Notes: generated by a model not told the origin, from the letters alone. A stretch of DNA of 63,978 bases, filler included, from Octopus bimaculoides (GCF_001194135.2; 6 parts of 5 records of this genome joined end to end with filler, not necessarily neighbours in it); one strand, 5' to 3'; shown: positions 1-14,299, counted from the whole stretch's first letter. Made by a program: numbers and translations.

Positions 1-379
1 ATATATATATATATATATATATATATACCTATTGTAAACACTTTCTATCCCCAACATATTCTAGTCACAATCTAGCAAAAAGAAAAAAAAATCTTGTTTG
101 GTTTTGAAGATGTTTGTATTTGGAAAATGAGACTTACACTCATTCGCATATATATATATGCCTGAATATTTTCACACCTTTATCCTGCTCTTACACATAT
201 GTTGACAACAATAAGCATGGAAGAATAACTGGATCACATCACGCTTAACCTCAGAGTCCAAAAGTCCAACACGGTAGCCCACCAAGATAACAAGTCAAAC
301 ACTAACGCCCAGCTATCTCTCCCAGCTTGACTTCCAGTGGTACCTACCACCACCACCACCACCACCACTACTACTACTG

Positions 380-417
<38 letters not shown>

Positions 418-748
418 GTTGTATAGACGTGGTTGGTGTGTTGTTAAACACAACTCATCACCTTTTGTCACTTACAAACGTTGGAGGAACTTGTCAACGT
501 GTTGTGTTCACTGCTGGCACTCACAAAGGATCGGTCGGCAAGTGACATTCGTTGTAACAAGTTTGCAGCAATGAGTCTTTAATTAATTCTCTGCTTTTTT
601 GACTTTTCACAGAGTTATGTCTTCATGTTCTCCACCAAATTGTTTTTTTTAAATCTTTATTTCTTTATTTCATCAATTCGTTACATACATGCGTACATAT
701 ATGCACTCGCATTCGTGCACACTCACACAGACACAAAGACACACTCTC

Positions 749-779
<31 letters not shown>

Positions 780-1096
780 GAGAGANNNNNNNNNNNNNNN
801 NNNNNNNNNNNNNNNNNNNNNNNNNNNNNNNNNNNNNNNNNNNNNNNNNNNNNNNNNNNNNNNNNNNNNNNNNNNNNNNNNNNNNNNNNNNNNNNNNNNN
901 NNNNNNNNNNNNNNNNNNNNNNNNNNNNNNNNNNNNNNNNNNNNNNNNNNNNNNNNNNNNNNNNNNNNNNNNNNNNNNNNNNNNNNNNNNNNNNNNNNNN
1001 NNNNNNNNNNNNNNNNNNNNNNNNNNNNNNNNNNNNNNNNNNNNNNNNNNNNNNNNNNNNNNNNNNNNNNNNNNNNNNNNNNNNNNNNNNNNNNNN

Positions 1097-1133
<37 letters not shown>

Positions 1134-1294
1134 ATGTGTGTATGTGTGTGTGATACACAAGCATTTTACACACGGGTGCGCTCGCACTCACACGCATGCA
1201 CACGCACGCATACACATACACGCTTATATATGCAAATACACACGTATTAAATATACATAATTTATATATATATACATACATAAATACATACAGA

Positions 1295-1330
<36 letters not shown>

Positions 1331-3592
1331 CAAATATATATGTATGCATATATATATATACACACACATATACACACACATATACACATACACATATATA
1401 CATACATGTACACAGTATGCCAGTACACGTATAGTTATTACTTTACTCATACACATGCATACACAAATATAAACATACATATTTATGTGTGTATGTGTGT
1501 GAGAGAGAGAATGAGAGAGAGAAAGAGGGAGAGAGGAGAGAGAGGAAGACATGCAGAGACACAAACACGCCGTCACTCACCTGCGCATAGACCTCTCACG
1601 TACATGTAGACATACATACGTACGTACAACAAACAGCCATGTTTGAATGAGTATGTGCGTCTTTCTGCATATGTGGGGACGTTTTTGAGTGAGTGTGTTT
1701 GTAAAAGTGAAAAGTCAATTTGTATTGAGACAGCCGACAATATGTGAATTGGACATCTCGTGAAGGGAATAATAAATTATAACATTACTGCTTCTATTGT
1801 TTTTCATGTTGTTCTTACTGTCATGGTTTAAGATAATTCTTGCTTTCGTGTTGTCCTTGTGTTTTCAAGGGTTTATGGCGGGCGTGTGGGGTGACGGTGT
1901 TTGCTGTCGTCATCATCATCATCACCATCATATTAGTAGTAGTAGTAGGAGGAGTAGGAGGAGGAGGAGGAGTAAAGCTTATTTTATTGTCAGTTGTTCT
2001 GGAATGTCGGAGTTGGTGCTTGTAAGGGTGACGCTGATGCGTTTTATTTTTCTTTGGTTGTTTTTGCAATTTATTGCTGATGTCGCTGTGATGGTAATGG
2101 TGCTGGTGGTGGGGGTTAGTACTAGTTTTGTTTATCTGTATGTTTCTTTTTTCTGTGTGGGGCGGTGGTTGCTGGTAGTGGTGATTGATTGTCCTGAGAG
2201 TGGTTTTTGTTGGTGAATTTCTGATCTGCTTGGAGGGCGCTATAATTCATAGTTACTATTGATATCATTGTTGTGATGTTTAACCCCAGGTCAGCCCTGT
2301 TAATCAAGCAGACCTGTGATCAAAGAGGTTTCAGTATTGGCTATAACGTCTAACGTACATCCATCCATCCATCCATCCATCCATACATACATACATACAT
2401 ACATATATACATACATGCGTACATACAAATATATGTATGTATATATATATATATATATATATNNNNNNNNNNNNNNNNNNNNNNNNNNNNNNNNNNNNNN
2501 NNNNNNNNNNNNNNNNNNNNNNNNNNNNNNNNNNNNNNNNNNNNNNNNNNNNNNNNNNNNNNNNNNNNNNNNNNNNNNNNNNNNNNNNNNNNNNNNNNNN
2601 NNNNNNNNNNNNNNNNNNNNNNNNNNNNNNNNNNNNNNNNNNNNNNNNNNNNNNNNNNNNNNNNNNNNNNNNNNNNNNNNNNNNNNNNNNNNNNNNNNNN
2701 NNNNNNNNNNNNNNNNNNNNNNNNNNNNNNNNNNNNNNNNNNNNNNNNNNNNNNNNNNNNNNNNNNNNNNNNNNNNNNNNNNNNNNNNNNNNNNNNNNNN
2801 NNNNNNNNNNNNNNNNNNNNNNNNNNNNNNNNNNNNNNNNNNNNNNNNNNNNNNNNNNNNNNNNNNNNNNNNNNNNNNNNNNNNNNNNNNNNNNNNNNNN
2901 NATAATCGGTGGTGAACTGATTATTACTAGTCGAATATGTTATAATTCTGCTTATATTTCACGAATATGTGAAATACATAAATATATTTGTGAAAAGTCC
3001 GTTAATCTACAAGCTATAATCATTCTCAGTTTATAATAACGTCTGTTGTACAAGTCATATACACTAAACATACAACCAACTTGGCTGTGACATAGTTTCA
3101 GTCAATTTCAATTAATTGACAGTTTTTCACTTTTCTTGCGACCAATATCTTTCGGTAAAGCATTCTGCCATGGTCAACTTTGCCTTTCATCCACTTGGAA
3201 TCGATTAAATAAGTATCAGTTGAGCACTGGAGTCGATGTCATCGACTAGCCTCCTCGTCCGAAATTTTTGGCTTTGCGCCAATAAATGCCAATCTTTCTG
3301 TAAAGTAAAAGTGTCAGCAATCTTATTTTCTCTATTTTATAAAATATTGTGTACTTTAAAATAAGATGTAGATGCTTGAAAACCAAATTCAATAACTGAT
3401 TTCAAAACTATGTTAAATCTATTTTATATCCTTTAGGTTACCACTTCTTGGGAGGTATGGGTATCGCACACTACCACTTTCCCTCCCTAAGCTTTCACTC
3501 ATACTGTAACCTCTCTTATCCTTCACTTGCCTTAGGACGCTGGGTGTATATCGGTAAGTGATTGTAACAAACATGCAGATTAAAAGTAAATA

Positions 3593-3639
<47 letters not shown>

Positions 3640-3678
3640 ATTAATAATAAAAATAACGACAACAACAACAAGAACAAG

Positions 3679-3788
<110 letters not shown>

Positions 3789-3879
3789 TAATAATAATNN
3801 NNNNNNNNNNNNNNNNNNNNNNNNNNNNNNNNNNNNNNNNNNNNNNNNNNNNNNNNNNNNNNNNNNNNNNNNNNNNNNN

Positions 3880-4520
3880 ACAGACAATGTAATTCTCCAA
3901 TAGGTGGGAGTTACACCAAGGTGATCAAAAAACACCACACACTTTGGACCTTCGAACACCAAAGGCATCTCAGGGGCCTCTCCTCCCCATTCTATCGTTG
4001 TAAGACGCAGTGAGTGGTATATTCTCTTTCGGATGTTCGTTTTGACGTTTGTGGTTGTTGTTGCTGCTGTTCCTGCTACTGTTGCTTCCGCTATTGCTGC
4101 TGGTGCTACTCCCACTACCATCTTTGCTATTCTGTCTCTCTAGATGCAATACCTGCTTCAATTTCCATGCCTTCCTGCTGTTGTTGTTCTTGTTGTTTTT
4201 GTTGTTCCGAAGGTTATGTCGGTTGCATTTGGGCTTTCCTTTCTGCCCTTTTGTTTTGGGTGCGTGAGCAGAAAGCCTATAACTGACCCGTTGATTCACA
4301 AACGTGGCATCTCGGCCACCTGCCTTCCACATTTACTCGTAGCTCTGCTCCATTCGGGAGGGAAATCAAGTCTGGGACTCTCTCCACCTGTCCGGTTTTA
4401 AATGGAGAAGCACCTCCAGGGTAGTCCCAACCCAATTCTCCCTCCCTGATTTGTTTACGTCCAGAAGATTTTCGCCTCTGTCTGCACAAATACAACATTG
4501 TCTGTACGAAAATCAATCAG
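3880..4520 (-). mobile_element. Decayed non-LTR retrotransposon ORF1-like region with a zinc-knuckle relic
   Basis: WPRCHVCESTGQL*AFC has C-x2-C-x4-(H>Q)-x4-C spacing with an in-frame stop. Confidence 0.5.
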
Positions 4521-4572
4521 TCTGCTATATCTAGCTCAACCTTTATTATTTTCTTAATATGGTCGTGAGAAT

Positions 4573-4772
4573 GAGGCGTCGAGCTGGCAGAAACGTTAGC
4601 ACACTGGGCGAAATGCTTAGCGGCTTTTCGTCTGTCTTTACGTTCTGAGTTCAAATTCCACCGAGGTCATCCTTTCGGGGTCGATAAATTAAGTACCACT
4701 TGTATACTGGGTCGATCTAATCGATTGATTCCCTCCCTCCAAATTTCGGGCCCTGTGCACAGAGTAGAAAAG
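4573..4772 (+). mobile_element. tRNA-derived SINE with a 17-bp target-site duplication
   Basis: AATATGGTCGTGAGAAT at 4556-4572 and 4773-4789 flanks a tRNA-like head (A/B-box-like tggcagaaacgttag / gagttcaaattcc); same family as many other copies in the window. Confidence 0.88.
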
Positions 4773-4789
4773 AATATGGTCGTGAGAAT

Positions 4790-5250
4790 TTCCCTGTAGA
4801 ACGTGAGCTTTTTGTATTAATAGCCTACTATAACGTCGCCCTCGGGTGATTTTCCTTTTGTTAGTTTCGTATTATTGATCAGGTGGGTTTCTCTTGTGGT
4901 GTTATATATTTTGGGAGAGGCAAGTGCACAGTACTCCCTTTGTGGTTCATTTGACCGTGCAGCATCGAGATTGTGTTCTTTGTTTACATTCCACATTCCT
5001 CGCCAGAATAACTCTAGACCCTCATGGGCTGGAGTAGTTGCAACCTTGATGGTGTGGCCTTTTACACTGCGATATACAGCTTGTGGGGTTTCAGGCTAAC
5101 TTGTGGTTTATATTTTCCGTTCATGTAATTTTTACGATAATAAGTTTTTCACTTACCACTCGTAGATGGTGTTTGAAGGCGACCAGTTTGATTAGTGTTT
5201 TCTCAGCGGCAGTTTTCATAAAATTTGGAGAATCTATCATGCAGTCATAG
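4790..5250 (-). mobile_element. R4/Dong-like retrotransposon fragment (pre-RT region)
   Basis: Reads VYRSVKG..LELFWRGMWNVNKEHNLDA..KGKSPEGDVIVGY*YKKL, matching the FW..IW....HN and KSPGxD....WYKKL motifs. Confidence 0.6.
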
Positions 5251-6617
5251 TTGGTGATTTGTAAAGTTAGTTTTCACTTTGATGATAGTGTCCAACAATA
5301 CAATGTTTCTCCTGACTCTATGTATGTATGTATGTATGTATGTATGTATGTATGTGTGTATGTATGTATGTATGTATGTACGTACGTACGTACGTACGTA
5401 TCTGTGTATGTGTATATATATATGTGTGTGTGTGCATGCGTGCGTGTGTGCGTGTGTGTGTCTGCTGATCTAACTAGCAAGCCAGTCACAAACATCCCCT
5501 TCTCTCCCTCTCTATCTGCCTTCCTATAACTTTCTAAAAGTCTTATCTTTTTCGTTTGAGTGTGTGTTCGAACTAATTAGTGCCTTACTTAAACATCAAA
5601 CCAACGGTTGAGCATTGGTGTGTGGATTCAGTTTTGAACCTGAAAAATCGGTTATACAAAAGTACTGACTGTCATTGTTTAGTTTTGTTTTTTGTTTTTT
5701 TTTTCTTAATATTTTTCTTTAAATATTTATACATATTCATGCATTTTCTTGTCATCATCGGTTTTCATCAACACATCGTCAACCCACGCTCAACTGTAAT
5801 CACATTCACGGCTGTGTTGAAACAATTACAAAATGAATGCAAACATAAGATTTCACACTTTCAGTTAAATTCTCTCTCTCTCTTTCTCTCACTCTCTCTC
5901 TCTCACGCACGTGCTCCCAGGATTCATTCTCCTCCACCGATTACTAACGCACAAACGCACCCACCCACCCACCTACCTACACACACACACAGACACAAAC
6001 ACACACACACACACACACATATATATACACACACATACAGGCGTCATTCTAGATTTCCTTTTCTACTCTTGTTTCCTTTTCTTTTTTTCGTAGTGGAGGT
6101 GGCCGATGGACGATGGTGGTGATGCGTTCGCATGTGTGTGTATGTGTCCATGTGTGTGTGTGTGTTGGTAACATTTCATTTTTACATACGGAGATTCATT
6201 AGGGTCGTCAATGTGTATATTGAACGAAATGCGGACGGCTTGCCGAGTGACGACCGCAAATGCCAGACGACCAGCCGGTCAGCTAGTAAACAAACAAACG
6301 TACATTGTGTGTGTGTGTGTGAAGCCAAGCAATGACGGGTCTCGGCAAACCTGTTGTTTATGGCTATTCATCTATATCCGATACGTGAAACTTCCACTAT
6401 AAGGATTTCTGTAAGCCAAACCTATACACCAGCTAACTGATGACAGCAACAGATGTGGTGAGAGATTATAACTCGTGGGAGGAGAATGGGAATGGGACAA
6501 AATATAGGAGAGTGGGTGAAATTATGTTTGTGAGGAGCAAAATGAGATTGAGGGTAGAGTGTGGATAATAGTGGGAGATAAAATGGAAAACGAAAGCGAG
6601 AGGGAGGGAGAGAGAGA

Positions 6618-6683
<66 letters not shown>

Positions 6684-7136
6684 GTGTGTGTGTACAGAAT
6701 TAAAAGGACGAGAAAGGATAAACGATGTAAATGTGTGGGAGAGAAAAATAAGAGTAGCAAGAAAATATTCTAAACTACAACATTTGAGGAGATCAAGAGA
6801 ATAAAGAAAAGAGATTAATTGGAAGACAGAAGGCAAAACAGGGAGGAAGAGAGAGGAGAAAAGAAAAGGAGAGAAAATGAATGAGAAATGAGCTGAACGA
6901 GAGATGTTGTGATGAGAATGGAAGACAAAGAATAGCAGGAAAGACAGAATAACAGTGAAGCATTTAACCGAATTGACTGCCTAAACGACCTTGGCAAAAA
7001 ATTTAGTGAAAGAAAAGTCCAAATCTCTGTGGTAAAAGCAAGAATTTTCGATTGCAACAAGACAAAACTGGGTGCGAAGCCATTTCCAAGATAAAAAATA
7101 TCAACACACGAAATGTATTTTAAATGAGACTGTTGA

Positions 7137-7197
<61 letters not shown>

Positions 7198-7899
7198 CCC
7201 CTCTTTCCTTCTCTCTGTATATATGCGCGTACGCGTGTGTGTGATGTCTCAGTAAACTGGGAGCACCATTGAGCCAACGACGGAATCTCTTACGAAGCTA
7301 CTCAACATGTAGAAATAGCAGTTTCTTTTCGCTATCAAATTATATTGGACAATCTTAAATATGTGAAGGAACCATTGGACAATATTCATGCATATGGCGT
7401 TTTTCATTTACTTAATTTCTAAAGTGATCATTTTTAACGAAAGACATACTGAATCTTTTGAGCCGCTAATGTATACGAAAGGATCACAAACTGAAAACGT
7501 TTGAAGGAGACGGCTTCTAAAAACGGCATGAAGAACACAATGGGTAACAGGACAGATAAAATATTCAAGAAATATTTTATACATGGAACACTGTAGGAAG
7601 TGTTCGACAGAATAGGAAGCGGTTGATATTTAATGAAAACAAGTTCACTTAAAATTGAAACACCGGGATCAAGCTTACCACCGTCTATATAACAGTAAGT
7701 ATTTACTTACAAAAGCATTAATTTTGTAATATAAATTTAGATGTAATATAGAGACCTGCATGAGCATGATGGCAATAGAATATCTAAGTAGTTTCGTAGA
7801 TCACATAAAACTGACAATAAATAACAAAACAGCGAAGAGTAAAAGTATGTAATTACGCTATAAAGGAGGAACAGGGGAGAATTCAAGATTTCGGACAGT

Positions 7900-8820
7900 G
7901 CATTTTTATTTTTATGGTTGTGTTCAACCCAGACCGAAGCAAAAACGTGCACCCGCCAATCTTCTCGGTCCTACATCACTGCCTCGAGCTCCTAGATACA
8001 TTCCAGTCCGGTGTCGATGTAAGTGTGACGATGTTTTCCTCTTCTTACATTACCATGAAGTGGGTCCCACAAGACTAATTTGGATGCTTCCAGCTCAGGC
8101 TGGCGCACGCAGTAACCAGATAGTCGCAGTTGTCTATGCCTGATCTTCTCGCTAGTTTTCAGCAGGTCTTCATAAAGGTATTCGATTGTCATGTGCTGCA
8201 TGCCACGGTTCTCCTACTTCACACTTGCCTTCTCGTGCAACAACTAATTCTCCATTTTAACATACCCAGTCAAACAGAATATATATTATGTTCCTTGCCT
8301 ATAACAACAGCGTTTCACTTTTATAGGTCCAAACAACTGAAAACGCCCTAATGTTCACTTCAAACCTTACCCCAACAAATTCAACCTCACCAAACACGAT
8401 TACAAGGTTGAACACGACAAAGAATTTCTAAATGACCGAAAAATCAAAATATCAAGACAATTCGGCCTGGATGTCCGATCTCAGGACATCTTGTAACTTC
8501 TGAAGATAATTTTTTCTCTTTCCTCCTACTGGTTCCGGTGACTTAGAGGCTACTTACTAATCCGTAAGTTATATATAAAAAATTAGTAAAAGAGACAATT
8601 ATCATTTGTATGGAATTACCTGTAACCCAGTACAAGTCAGGTTCTTGGGAACAGCAAATGGAAGAGATAGTTTCAATTACATTTCCGACTGTACACATGG
8701 CTGGCAAAGCCAGCCATGAAATAGAAAGCATCTCATATACTTTTTTTCTATGGTACAATGCATAAATATTTGACCGACGCATGCAGGACAACTTCATGCT
8801 AGATTCATAAATTATTATTT
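7900..8820 (-). mobile_element. RTE-clade LINE 3' remnant
   Basis: QHMTIEYLYEDLLKTSEKIRHRQLRLSGYCVRQPELEASKLVLWDPLHGNVRRGK matches the RTE ORF C-terminus (RRLRLAGHC.RH......VLW.P.HG..RRGR). Confidence 0.7.
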
Positions 8821-8821
8821 C

Positions 8822-9037
8822 TACTCTAGGCACAAGGCCTTGAACACTTATGGGGAAGGAGACTAGTCGATTACATGGACCTCAGTGCGTAACTGGTACT
8901 TATTTCATCGACCCCCCGAAAGGAGCGAAAGGCAACGTCGACCTCGGCGGAATTTTAACTGAGAACGTTGCGGCGCAGACGAAATACCGCTGAGCATTCA
9001 CCCAGCGTTCTAACGATTCTGCAAGCTCACCGCCTTG
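8822..9037 (-). mobile_element. tRNA-derived SINE, same family as 4573-4772, CpG-rich copy
   Basis: Reverse complement of the family body (gtcgacctcggcggaatt..gctaacgattctgc). Confidence 0.8.
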
Positions 9038-10198
9038 CTACATTCATTAATTATACTAATTCTAAGTTGTCTATTGTTTTCTACGCAGATGGCGTATGTA
9101 AGTATTTAATTTCAGTCAGTAAAAGGGGAAAAAAAAATTTTGTCGCCTACTTGTGTAAAATAATTCTACAACATATCGCAGACGTAGCTGTGTTGTAAGA
9201 AGTTTACTTCCCAACTACTTGGTTCCGGGTTCAGTGTCACTGCGTGGCACTCTGGGCAGGTGTCTTGCGAATGAATTTGGTAGACAGAAGCTGAAAGAAG
9301 CCCGTCGTGTATATATATATANNNNNNNNNNNNNNNNNNNNNNNNNNNNNNNNNNNNNNNNNNNNNNNNNNNNNNNNNNNNNNNNNNNNNNNNNNNNNNN
9401 NNNNNNNNNNNNNNNNNNNNNNNNNNNNNNNNNNNNNNNNNNNNNNNNNNNNNNNNNNNNNNNNNNNNNNNNNNNNNNNNNNNNNNNNNNNNNNNNNNNN
9501 NNNNNNNNNNNNNNNNNNNNNNNNNNNNNNNNNNNNNNNNNNNNNNNNNNNNNNNNNNNNNNNNNNNNNNNNNNNNNNNNNNNNNNNNNNNNNNNNNNNN
9601 NNNNNNNNNNNNNNNNNNNNNNNNNNNNNNNNNNNNNNNNNNNNNNNNNNNNNNNNNNNNNNNNNNNNNNNNNNNNNNNNNNNNNNNNNNNNNNNNNNNN
9701 NNNNNNNNNNNNNNNNNNNNNNNNNNNNNNNNNNNNNNNNNNNNNNNNNNNNNNNNNNNNNNNNNNNNNNNNNNNNNNNNNNNNNNNNNNNNNNNNNNNN
9801 NNNNNNNNNNNNNNNNNNNNNNNNNNNNNNNNNNNNNNNNNNNNNNNNNNNNNNNNNNNNNNNNNNNNNNNNNNNNNNNNNNNNNNNNNNNNNNNNNNNN
9901 NNNNNNNNNNNNNNNNNNNNNNNNNNNNNNNNNNNNNNNNNNNNNNNNNNNNNNNNNNNNNNNNNNNNNNNNNNNNNNNNNNNNNNNNNNNNNNNNNNAA
10001 ACAAACTATAAACATTTCTGGTCCAAAAAAAGAAAAAAAAAAGAAAGAAGTAAAATGTTTCCATTTAGATATTTATTTTCACAAACTACTGGAAAATCAA
10101 TTAAGATTCGAGAGAAGGTGTTTGATAATAATGCCATACACATATACTTAACGTAAATTTACGGATAGATACAAATATATACGCATATATACTTACGC

Positions 10199-10229
<31 letters not shown>

Positions 10230-11419
10230 CGTCTACGTATGTATGCATGGTAAATGGTGATTATTGTCGCAAGGTGAGCTTCTCGATTACTTCGCGATTT
10301 GTTTTTTATAAAATGGGCGAAATGGTGGTTATATTTGTTCACTTGAATGAAGTATCTCCCACTACATACATACAGACATACATACATACATACATACATA
10401 CAAACAGACATACATACATACATACATACATACATACGTATCAAGGAGCTAACTTTACTCGTCAACAGACTCGCATTTCAATTTGGTTTAATCCTATTTC
10501 TCTTGGCTTATTTTATTTTTCTGAATATTTATTGTATTTATTGTTAGGTATCAAAAATTACGACTAGATTATATCTCTATCTTTTGTCTGTTTCAGTTAT
10601 TAGATTGCGGCCATGCTGGAGCAGCGCTTTGAAGAGCTTTTTAGCCAAATGAATCGACCCCACTATATATTTTTTAGGCCTGGTACTTATTGTAGAGATC
10701 TTTTTTTGCCGAACCACTAAGTTACGGGAACGTAACCAAAACAACACCGGTTTTTAAGTGGTGGGGGACAAACAGACAGACAGACACACACACACACATA
10801 TATACGACGAGCTTCTTTCAGTTTTCGTCTAACAAATCCACTTAGAAGGCTTTGATCGGCATGAGGATATGGTAGAAGATACTTGCCCAAGGTAACACTG
10901 AATTCGGAACCATGTGGTTGGGAAGCAACTTTTTACTTCACTGCGAAGTCTGCGCCAAGTATAAGCAGAAACTATTATAAAGTAAATTATCCCAAAGTCT
11001 CGGGTAAAGAATGTTTAATTAATTTTGGTATACTTCTCCCCACAAAAGCCACCAAGGGATGTCCTTTTGGAATGCCGCTCATCGTTCGATCCATATTTTT
11101 GTGAATCTCATGTTAACTAGTCATTTGCACACTGCCATATCTTGATAAAAATAACTGTTGAGTTTGCATTGCTTTCTCAGAACAACTGCCACATCATTAC
11201 AAAAAAAAAAACAGCTCTGTTTTTCTTTTTAAATCATTCGAATCGTTAGCACGTCGGACAAGATATTTAGTTCTGAGTTTAAATTTCGCCGAAGTCGATT
11301 TTGCCTTTATCTCTCGAGAAGAGTGCTAGTCGATATAATCTCAAAATTTCTTGTCTGGTACCTATAGTAGAACGGATTATTATTATTATTATTCGTCCGT
11401 CCTTACATNNNNNNNNNNG

Positions 11420-12740
11420 ATTTATGCGGGTAGCGGGTTACTGTTTGTAACCTTAGGTATCCACAAGTTTTCATCTGTCTTTGACGTGCTTAGAAGCTTC
11501 CTGATAATCCTTGCTTTCCTTAAGAGACAAACTTTCTGTAGGAGCTCTACCGGGAATTCTATTCCATTCTCCTTCAGACGTTTGTCTATATCTTTGCTTA
11601 CTCTTCCGAACACACCAATTATTATAGGCACGATCTTTACTGTTCTCATGCTCCAAATTCTTCCTATTTCAAATTTTAAGGGATTGATTTTTTTTCTTGT
11701 TTGTTTGTTTTTCGTCCTCTTTCTTTACGATCCTGGAATCAAACGGGCATGATGGGTTGATTAGTAAGCAATTAGCTTTTCCTTATCTATAATTGTTATG
11801 TCCGGTTTATTATATTCTAACTTCTTGTCCGTTTGAATAGGAAAGCCCCACAAAATCTTATATTTCTCCGACTCCAGTACTCTTTCGACTTGATGATTGT
11901 ACCATGTGTTTCCACCTTCAAATTCCCATTTCTGGTACAGTTTCCAGTGTAAAGCTTTTACAACCTCTATCTCTTATATTCTTCCTGTGACAACTTGGAG
12001 CATTCTGTCACAATGTGTGCCACTACTGCCTCGTTTCAAGTTCCACAAGCTCTACATTTTTGTGTCATATTCTCTCTCTATATATCTTCTTTAGTTGTTT
12101 ATTTTTATCGCTTGATCTTCGGCAGCTGCAATTAGGCTCTCTGTTTCTTTTTGTAATTGCCCCTTTTTTTAACCAAGCTCAGGATTTTGTTCCACATACG
12201 TCTTCAGTGGCCCTCCAAAATTGGCCATGCAGAAGTTTCTCTTCAATCTGTCTGACGTACTCACTTTGTATTTCATTCTTGTCTTTTTCTCTTATTAAGC
12301 GCTTGATCACCTGTTCTTTATTCACTGTCTTTTGTAGTTTTTCTGTGCTGCTCTGGAAATACTCTACTAGGTTTTTTTGTTGCATTTGTACACATTCTTC
12401 TGCTGCTATTAAGCCTTATCCACCCTGCTCTCTCCTCAAGTCCAACCGGTTGATATCAGTTTTCGGATGGTGGGCCCCATACATTGTCAACAACTTACAT
12501 CTTTTTCTCTCCAGTTTCTTTATATTGTCTATAATTCCAACGCCATAACTGATTAATGGTATTGCTCTTGAATTTATTGCTTCAATACGACTTTTTGGAA
12601 TTCAACTTTAACTGCAATAATTTTGTTACTCTCCTTGTGTACTCCCTACTGGTAATTTGTTTCATTTCTTCATTTTTTACTTTCGTCTGCTCCCAGTATT
12701 CCCAAGTACTTATACCGCTGTCGTTTCTCAACCGCTCTCA
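11420..12740 (-). mobile_element. R4/Dong-like non-LTR retrotransposon, 3' part (RT end to restriction-like endonuclease), decayed
   Basis: Minus-strand fragments YKYLGIL, LLTMYGAHHPKTDINRLDLRREQGG, LHGQFWRATEDVCGTKS, VKIVPIIIGVFG...LQKVCLLRKARIIRKLL. Confidence 0.8.
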
Positions 12741-12799
12741 TTGTTTACCAATTTGGCATTTGTATGTATGTATATGTATGTATGTATGTATATGTATAA

Positions 12800-13960
12800 A
12801 AGTTAATTGGAAATGCATGAGTTCGATCATATAATAATATAAATAACATATAAGTATATGCATATATACATACATATATGTACATACCTACATGTATATG
12901 TATATATACATGCATATATGGGTACAGGACATAAAAAAACGTGAACAAAAAGAGAAACAAGAACATAAAAAACATACAGAACGATTTTTTTTCGAACAAT
13001 GAAAGAAACAAATAGAGAAATGAGACAGGCAACATAAAGGACATTCCCTTCATTAGGTGACCCCTGTTTTATCTACTCCGCGTTTCGAAGGTAGGGGCAA
13101 GATGCGACTTCCTTAAAACAGTCCTTCCCGCAAAGCAAATTGAATAAAATATGGGATTTTTTGCAGAGGGTTACAGTGGTAACAAAAACAAGACAGTGAA
13201 TACAAGACAGTAAAAACAAATGGTGAGGGCTGTTAAGCCAAGACGATGTGAAGTGGTGAACGCTGAAAAAACGAGCTTTGAGAAGAGACAGGTAAAAGCA
13301 CGTCTTGTCTTTAGGAAGGAAGTGGATGAAAGAAAGATGGATAACCGTTGGTCATGTGTGAGCAGCGAGATAGTCAAGGAAGAAGAGTTAGAGAGAGAGG
13401 GGGGGAACGGTGAAGGAGAGAGGAGAAGAATAGGGAAAGGGTGGGAGAGAATAACAGAAAGGAAGAAGAACAAGAGAGGGAGATAGATAGAAAGAATAGA
13501 GATAGAAATATGTACATATGCATATACTTATATATTATTTATATTATTAGATGATCGAACGCCATGTATCCATTTCCAAGAAAGTTTTATCTTAATAATT
13601 ACGATGCGCACTCTTATTCTATCTCTATTCTCCGCAAAAAATCCCAAATTTGATTTAATTTGCTTTACAGGAAGGACTGTTTAACGAAGTCACGTCTTGT
13701 CCCTACCTTCGAAACACGAAGTAAATAAAACAGGGGACAACTGATGAAGGAAATGTTCTTTATGTTGCCTGTCTCGTTTCTCTATTTCTTTCTTTTGTTG
13801 TTCGAAAAAGTTGGTTTTCTATGATTTTTTATGTGCTCGTTTCTCTTTTTGTTCACTTTCTCTTGATGTCCTATACCCATATATGAATGTATATATACAT
13901 ATATATGGAGGTATGTACATATATGTATGTATATATTTATATATTATTTATATATATGTA
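12800..13960. repeat. Inverted repeat pair (about 12800-13170 vs about 13505-13960)
   Basis: 13046-13170 is the reverse complement of about 13630-13760, and the similarity extends through the flanks; the right arm is circularly permuted relative to the left. Confidence 0.85.
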
Positions 13961-14026
13961 AATAATTAATAATTAATAATTTAACCAAGTAGTTCAGTAC
14001 GTTACCTTTTTTAGGTAAAATTATAC

Positions 14027-14190
14027 AAATATTCTATAATTATAAACATAATTATAATCAAGGGTCAGGTTATTGCTTCGCCACGCACCGAATTTAGAAA
14101 TAGGAGTTAACTCCTATTTCTAAATTTGGTGCGTGGCGAAGCAATTATCTGACCCCTGATTATAATTATGTCTATGATTATTGAATATTT
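14027..14190. repeat. 164-bp loopless imperfect palindrome centred on GTT|AAC (14108/14109)
   Basis: ...gcttcgccacgcaccgaatttagaaataggagtt|aactcctatttctaaatttggtgcgtggcgaagc...; only a handful of mismatches between the arms. Confidence 0.95.
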
Positions 14191-14199
14191 ATGTGTTTA

Positions 14200-14299
14200 N
14201 NNNNNNNNNNNNNNNNNNNNNNNNNNNNNNNNNNNNNNNNNNNTTAATTAATTAANNNNNNNNNNNNNNNNNNNNNNNNNNNNNNNNNNNNNNNNNNNN
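14200..14299. other. Artificial 100-bp scaffold spacer (44N-TTAATTAATTAA-44N)
   Basis: The identical 12-mer within N runs occurs at 14244, 19549, 41594, 54317 and 62028; it contains stops in all six frames. Confidence 0.95.

Noticed and set aside
469-552. Possible minus-strand first exon MSLADRSFVSASSEHNTLTSSSNV ending at gtaagt
   Set aside because: No homology, no downstream partner exon and no promoter evidence; a chance donor is likely.
11376-11395. (ATT)n tract as the R4/Dong target site
   Set aside because: It is better explained as the tail of the plus-strand SINE at about 11235-11380, and a small gap separates it from the R4 relic.
13690-13760. Permuted hammerhead-like arrangement (ccttcGAAAC ... 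CTGATGAagg)
   Set aside because: The segment that would form stem I (aataaaacaggggacaa) cannot pair, so no valid type I, II or III topology.
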